Shown: positions 57,853-64,000 of the stretch, in pieces | Position numbering within the stretch: the first letter of the stretch is position 1 | Layout of the letters: every line of letters starts with the position of its first letter | DNA from: Podarcis erhardii | Lineage: Eukaryota | Assembly (NCBI GenBank): GCA_964252035.1 | Contig: OZ176201.1 | Strand: one strand, 5' to 3' | DNA: 64,000 nt | Notes under the pieces: generated by a model | Database searches by the model: none | Told to the model about the DNA's origin: nothing | The model's input: the letters and a program-made list of their open reading frames with translations, nothing else | Translations under genes and position numbers: made by a program

Positions 57853-59817
57853 ATCTAGAGGCTTGAATTTGGTACTAAACCCTGCCATGGATTGTCCCCT
57901 GTGACCATGGTCAAATCCTCTACATGGGTTTTGCCACTTGGGAAAGTTATAAAGTGTACCTATGTCTTCCTTGGAAATATTTTGATTTAAAAGAGACAAG
58001 CAGACTGATAACCTGGTGTTGCTTGGGAATTCAAAGGAACAACAACAACAAAAAGAATCAGTGCAGTTTTGAAATCAGTGGTTAAAATCGGCACCGTTTA
58101 GAAAGGTTCATCTGGATTCGAAACGGCACCCAAACATAGACAAAAACCTCCTTGATCTCAGGAACCATCATGCAAACTTTGCAAAATTTTAAGAAGTGCC
58201 CAAATGCATAGTTAACAACTTTCCGCAATATATAGCAAACAAGAATGAAATATTAGAAATAACAAAGAATCTGGAAGAGAGAGGGTATACTAAAGGATAA
58301 GGAGAAATCACTTTGTAGTAATAATAATAATATTAAAAAAAACTTGTGCTAAATAAGACTGGTCTTCAGGTGCTTCTCTCACCTCCTATCTTGCATGAAG
58401 TTTGTTGTGTGTATCCTATCTACAACTTTGCATGCTCAAGAAGCACCAATAACCAGCAGTCTTCTCACCATGATCCTCTTTATCTGGGTGGCCTTTTCCA
58501 TCTCCAAACTGCCCTTTCTCCCAACCCGAGTAAAAGCACTGGCTAATTTCAAAGGAAAGAATTAGCTAGGAATCACAAGGGAGGGAGTGCTCAGGACCTT
58601 GGGTGGAGACCCCGTCAGTAGCTGACACCGTTCATCACTGACTGCTGTCCTGTGGCAGGAGTAAGATATTTAATTTCTTGCTCTGATTATAAGCAGCAAT
58701 GTGTGTGACACTGAACTGTATTGCATTAGCTGCCTGCAATTGTCCAGCAAATTTCCTTTTTCTTTGTTGATTCCGCTGTCATGGATGTTGCAGATACTGT
58801 AGTTGTTGTTGATTTTGGGTTGTTGTTTTCTACTCTCTTAATCCCTGCCTTACTTGATTGTGCAAGAGTGAACTGGAACTCTGTGCTGCACAAAATTCTG
58901 CCTGCTCACATGATGATGTAGTACTTAGTCGCACTCTACCCCTCACACGAGCTAACCTGGCTGCTAAGATTTTTGAAGGATGGCTGGCCACTGAGTGTGC
59001 AAAGGTACCTGCCTTGGTAGACGTGAGGATTTGATAATAAATTGTTATTGGCACTGCCATCTCACCCCCTTCTATTATTTATTTCCCTAGGGTCTTGTCA
59101 ATATGTCTGGGTCCCTAAACACTCCACTGCCAGGATTCGCTTATGGGAGTGCAGGGAGATGACTGATCTCAGCACACACACCCATGGGATAGATCTGAGA
59201 CCTGCATCTCAGCCACAGGGGGCCCAGGGTCTTCATTTAGCAAGTGGGTTTTTTGGGGTTTTTTGCAGAATGAGGGCAGCACAGAGTTTCTTTGTAGTGG
59301 CCATGTTACTGCCAGGCTGAGTTGCAGAGGAGAGCTTTCTGGGCGATTTCCAGGGAAGCCACAGTGATGGGGGCGGATATTATCACGGCATTAATGGAAG
59401 CGAGCCCCGGCCTAATGAGCTGTGATTCTCCCTGAATTGGGTTCACAGAGGCAGGAATTTCCATAATTGATCTCCATACCGTATGTCACACAGTCAGAGC
59501 ACCCAGGAATCCTTAAAAGGTGGCGTTGGCTATGAGTGCAAGGAGCGGGCAAGAGTCAGAACTTATCCTCAGCAACAATTTACAAAGAGGACCTTCTCCC
59601 AAAGCAACTGTGGTTCTGAGGAAGCAAAACTCCAGAGCTCAGTAGCAGATGCAAAGGATTTGTTGCTCCAGTAAAGCCTGTTCATATGTTTGTGCTTCAG
59701 CTGGGAGCACATCTCTTCCAAAAACTAATCCATTCGCTTAATTTGTACTTGTATCTCCCTTTGGTACAGAGGTGTTCACAGAGTTGCACGGATTGCAAGA
59801 AGCAGAAAACTAGAGGG

Positions 59818-60016
59818 CAGGACTGGCCCACCCATGAGGCATATTGAGGCAATTGCCTCAGACAGCAGGAAACACAGGGGCAGCAGATCCCGATGTAGCT
59901 CTTCATTCCCCCCTTGTTCCTAATGTAGATCTTCACTCACCCTTTCTTCCCTAGAAGGCAGGGGAACGCCATTTTGTGGTTCACCTCAGGTACCGAAATG
60001 TCTTGGGCCGGCCCTG
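59818..60016. mobile_element. Probable hAT (Tip100-like) MITE
   Basis: caggactggccca ... tgggccggccctg terminal inverted repeats. No TSD recognisable. Confidence 0.55.
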
Positions 60017-60324
60017 CCTGAGATGCACAGAGCACTTTGTTAGCATTCCTCAGTCAAGATGCTTAACTTCTATGCCTTCCTGTAGATCTGAAGTTCCCTT
60101 ATTGCCCCCGGCCTTGCATCCCACCCAAATAACTGTAATGACTGATTTCAACTAGAAAATAGCCTTTTGACAAGAATCATCATTTACGTATGGCATGCCT
60201 GAGTTGTTGAAGAGAGGGAATTGGGGTCATTGGAAGCAGCAATGCACAGTCATGGCCTCAAGATGGCTTGGGACTGCTTATGGTCGTGAGGATATTAGCA
60301 CATGGGAAACTTGAGCCTTTAACA

Positions 60325-60470
60325 CAGTGTTTCCCAAACTTGGGATTCCAGCTGTGGTTTTTTTTGTTTTTTTGGGGGGGGGGTTTGTACTACAGTTCCC
60401 ATCATCCCTGACCACTGGTTCTGCTAGCTAGGGATGATGGGAGTTGTAGTCCAAAAACAGCTGGAGACTG
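60325..60470. mobile_element. Palindromic hAT MITE with a deleted right TIR segment
   Basis: Left TIR cagtgtttcccaaac, right end reduced to ggagactg. Perfect 8-bp TSD ctttaaca at 60317-60324 and 60471-60478. Confidence 0.85.
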
Positions 60471-63400
60471 CTTTAACATAAAAGAACAAAACAAAGCATT
60501 GCATCTTCTGGGTAAGTAAACGACCTACCACAGCTTAGCTTTGCAGCAGTGTGGTTGTGAAATTAAATGGCTCCTCTGAGCTCATTCAGGAAAAAAATGT
60601 AGGATCATGCATTTGTAATAAAGAGGTTTAAACCAGAACACGGCAGGCTTCATTCAGTGCCCTCTGACCAGCAGCTGGCTCCTTGGTTGACTTGTACAAA
60701 CAGGAGCATGGATCATATTGCCGCTCTGTTTCTGAAGCCTGGGCAGGTTTCCGGAATCTCCTAGGAAGATAATAACGCATGTTCGGAAAGAATGTTGCCA
60801 GTCAGCAAGCAAATGGCATCGACCGTGGGTGTGTTAGCCATAACAATAATTGATTTCAATTCTTCCTTCTCTTCCCTTTCTTAGAGAGCCCAAAGTGACT
60901 GAGCACCACGGGGGAAGCTTGGCTGATTCCAAAGGTAACACAAGAACTTCCTTTCCTTGACACAGAAGCCTGGGGGTGGGGGGAGAAGGAGAGGCTGTTG
61001 AGGGGAGGCCCCCTCTTCACCCAAGTGTGAGTCTAGGGACCACTTTGGTTTGCTCAGGCATAATTCACTTAGGAAAGGCATAAGATGACAAGATCATTGT
61101 TCTCTAGCAGATGCACACAGGAGAAAGGTCCACGTAGGTTCATATTTAATCTCAAAAGAGAAGAGCGTTTGGTCAGCTGCCATCTGCTGAATCTGCTAAA
61201 TCTTATCTACAGTGCTAGTATCCCAGAGCCTGGAAGTGAAGCTAACACTTGGTAATGTTGTGGTGGTAGTAAATTAATGATGATAATTGATCATCGTTGT
61301 CTTCGTCGTCATCATTGCTTCCAGATGACTTGTTCATTGAGCATTCATCCTGCTTTGCTTATTTGTAGGGAGATTAGAAAATGTCGGCTGTTTTTTGAGC
61401 ATTTACTTGAGTTGGTTTGCAGCGAGGTTAAAAGCAAGTGTCATCCCACATTTTCCAGTACACTTTCCCATCACTTTCCTTACCACAAAAAGTCAGATTT
61501 TTTTGGGATGTGAGTTCGTTGCACGAGAGTTCCTACTTAACTATAAATGTGCAAACTGAATATGCTGGTGTGTGGTTGAGTCCCACCCAAATTAGTGACA
61601 GTCTGGAAACACCTATTAATAATAATTGATGTAAGGTAGACCTGTGTTATTAGGCATACTTGAATCACAAATGAGGACTGAGGAATGGCTATCTGAAGTC
61701 ACCTAAGTGAGTTCATGACTGAGGTGAGGTTTGACTCATGGGCTTCCTGGCTCATAGCTTACAAATGTACATAGCTACAATGCCAGATCAGTCTTTGGAA
61801 AATGAGGAGGGATTAAACTCACTCAATATTTTGGCTGGTACTTTAAGATAAATGACGAATGAGTTGTGCTAGCACCATGGGGCTTTCCCCTCTCTTCTCC
61901 TCACTCCCACATGCCTCCCACATTCCCCAAAACAACTTGGTGGGGGTCAGGAGACACACACACACACACACACCCCCGAGGAAGGAGAGGGGAGATGGTT
62001 CCATCTGACAAGCAGAAATTCTTGTGCTGACAGAACCATCTCCTAAGCTCCAATTTGAATTCCACAGTACATGTTTTGAAATGTTTTGTGAAATGGATTT
62101 GTATTCTTAAATGTTGTAGCCGCTTTGTGGTGGATTTCTTCAAAAAGCAATGTATAAATCTCACAAACAAACAGATAACGGCTCAGGATCATAGGCTGCC
62201 CACCACTTCATTACAGTGATAGGCATCCCCAAGATCAACCAGAGTGGTAGAGATGAGCTGTGTGGCTTTACTTTTGCTTTGTTTTAAAGTGGATAGTTGA
62301 GAATTAGGATGATGGTGATGATTATTATATTACTTCTGTATAATTATTTCACTAATTCTACAACCACCCAATAGGGTAGGCTAGGATTGTTCTTATTACT
62401 ACTACTATATAAGCTCTTGGGAGAGGTTGAGAATAACAGCCTGTCCAAGGTCACCTAATGTATTCATGGCAGAGGCAAGATTTCTACTAGAGCAAGCATT
62501 GCCAGCTTGGTGCCCTCTTGGCACTCTCAGCTCCCATCAGCCCCAGCCAATGTTCCGGAATGACGAGTACAGTGGTTCAAAATCTGAATGGCACCACTAC
62601 TCCCCAGTTCCCAATCCATACTCTGATGCCGCACAGTTACACAAGGCAGCTGTGTAAGTCCTTCTCCTTCTCCCAGTCATGTAAAACGTCAGACGCAGTA
62701 TTCTTGCACTCTGAATTTCCTCACCCAAGCTCTAAGGCATTGGCAAATGTTTACAAGGCGCGCACTTACCACGGAGCCTGCAGCACACCCTAGCCTTGTT
62801 CTCCTAGAGGTGCCAGAACTGAGTTCTAGTGGGTTCCAGTTGCAAAAAAGCCCTGGCCCTCAGCATCTCCACAACTGTACCAGAGCTCCTTCTTACAGTC
62901 ACATAACCACCCCAACATGAACAGCAGAGCCCTGTGGGAGGTTAACTCTGGGGCAATGTACCCTGGAGAAGCTGAGGAGTTTGCTTGAGGTCTGTAGCAA
63001 AACTCGATTCATTTGCTAGTTTAGTGTGAGCTTCTCGCCTGATCTTTTGATTGGCACCATTCAGGGTCGTTAACCAAGATGACAGTCCAGCCTGGTGCCA
63101 AACAGGTGTGTGTGATTTCCTAGTGTGTTAATTGCAGATGGATTGTGTGTGTTCATGTTGGACAAAGTCATTTATCACCGTGCCACGTTCTTGCTGGAGT
63201 TATTCATGCCCCAAAAAGTACACAGCCTGAGAAGCCTGTGCCCAAGGATGGGGAACAGGGGCAAGAGGCACACACCTGCCACAGAGTCTCAGGCTTTGGT
63301 GTCACTGGGACAGTCATCACTGAGCAGTCAAGGTCTTGGCTTGTAAGCACCCAGCTGTCAGTAACTGCCCTGCCTTCCATGCAGAACACCAGCATCCTTC

Positions 63401-64000
63401 TGACATTGTAGCTGATGGAGGGGTTAATGTCAGCCCCTGATCCGTAATTTAGGAAGGGCAAGAATAGCTATTCACTGTGCTGAACTCTGGAGAATTGCAC
63501 ACTGGGGTATAATCCAATAATGTAAAACAGCAGCTGTGCCATAGACCAATCAAATCATTGTATGAATTAACGGAGAAGCAAATCAAAGGCTACGCAGCAG
63601 AGCACTTGGCTTGATGATTGTATTCCCGAAAGGACCAGGCCCTCTCCCCCTTGGAGAGATTTGAAGGGGGAAGTGGGGTTTAACAGGTGCAAGTCCCCCA
63701 TTGCCATCATGCTATGTTGGGGGGGGGGGCAGAGCTGTGCCAATGGGATATGTGAAATCTTAAAGGGATAGAAGCCCCTGCCCTTTTTTAGAGTCTCACC
63801 CTCCTCTCTGAAGTGCACAGTTCAAGTCCTCTTCACATGTGCATATAAGAGGCGGGGGGGGGGGCCTTCACTCCTCCTGGGCTTGGCAGGAGCAGCAGAA
63901 ATTCAGCACAGTTGAGCGGGACATTGTGTATGCTATTGAGAAAATCAGGTGGGGCTTCATTCACTTAAGGCATTTTGTACCATTTCTGGGGCGTGTATAC

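Noticed and set aside
1-64000. CRISPR arrays, rRNA, snoRNA or endogenous viral coding sequence
   Set aside because: No spacer-repeat arrays, rRNA-like sequence, complete C/D or H/ACA box pairs, or viral protein motifs were recognised.

Overview
Vertebrate non-coding genomic DNA, most likely from a squamate and probably a lacertid lizard. This is inferred from a Squam3-type SINE with a (CTT)n tail, tRNA-head/CR1-tail SINEs, Bov-B and a Neptune-like Penelope element. I found no recognisable host protein-coding exon in the 64 kb, so it reads as a large intron or intergenic region. It is densely populated by transposable elements: L1, L2, CR1, RTE/Bov-B, a Penelope-like element, a solo LTR, Tc1/mariner and hAT MITEs, and SINEs. 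Microsatellites and unique stretches with homeodomain-motif clusters lie between them. The most notable item is a full-length, TSD-flanked ~2.2-kb L1 derivative (15095-17277, minus). It keeps an intact 238-aa ORF1-like frame but has lost all of ORF2 except a decayed ~35-codon tail (a half-L1/HAL1-like architecture). Also notable is a Penelope-like insertion forming a 486-bp near-perfect, indel-free palindrome with one minimal hammerhead ribozyme on each strand. Further observations: two SINE families with different tRNA heads on one CR1 tail, a 15-bp hairpin-bounded micro-inversion, and MITEs carrying housekeeping-promoter motifs. Family names come from recall of consensus sequences, not from database searches.
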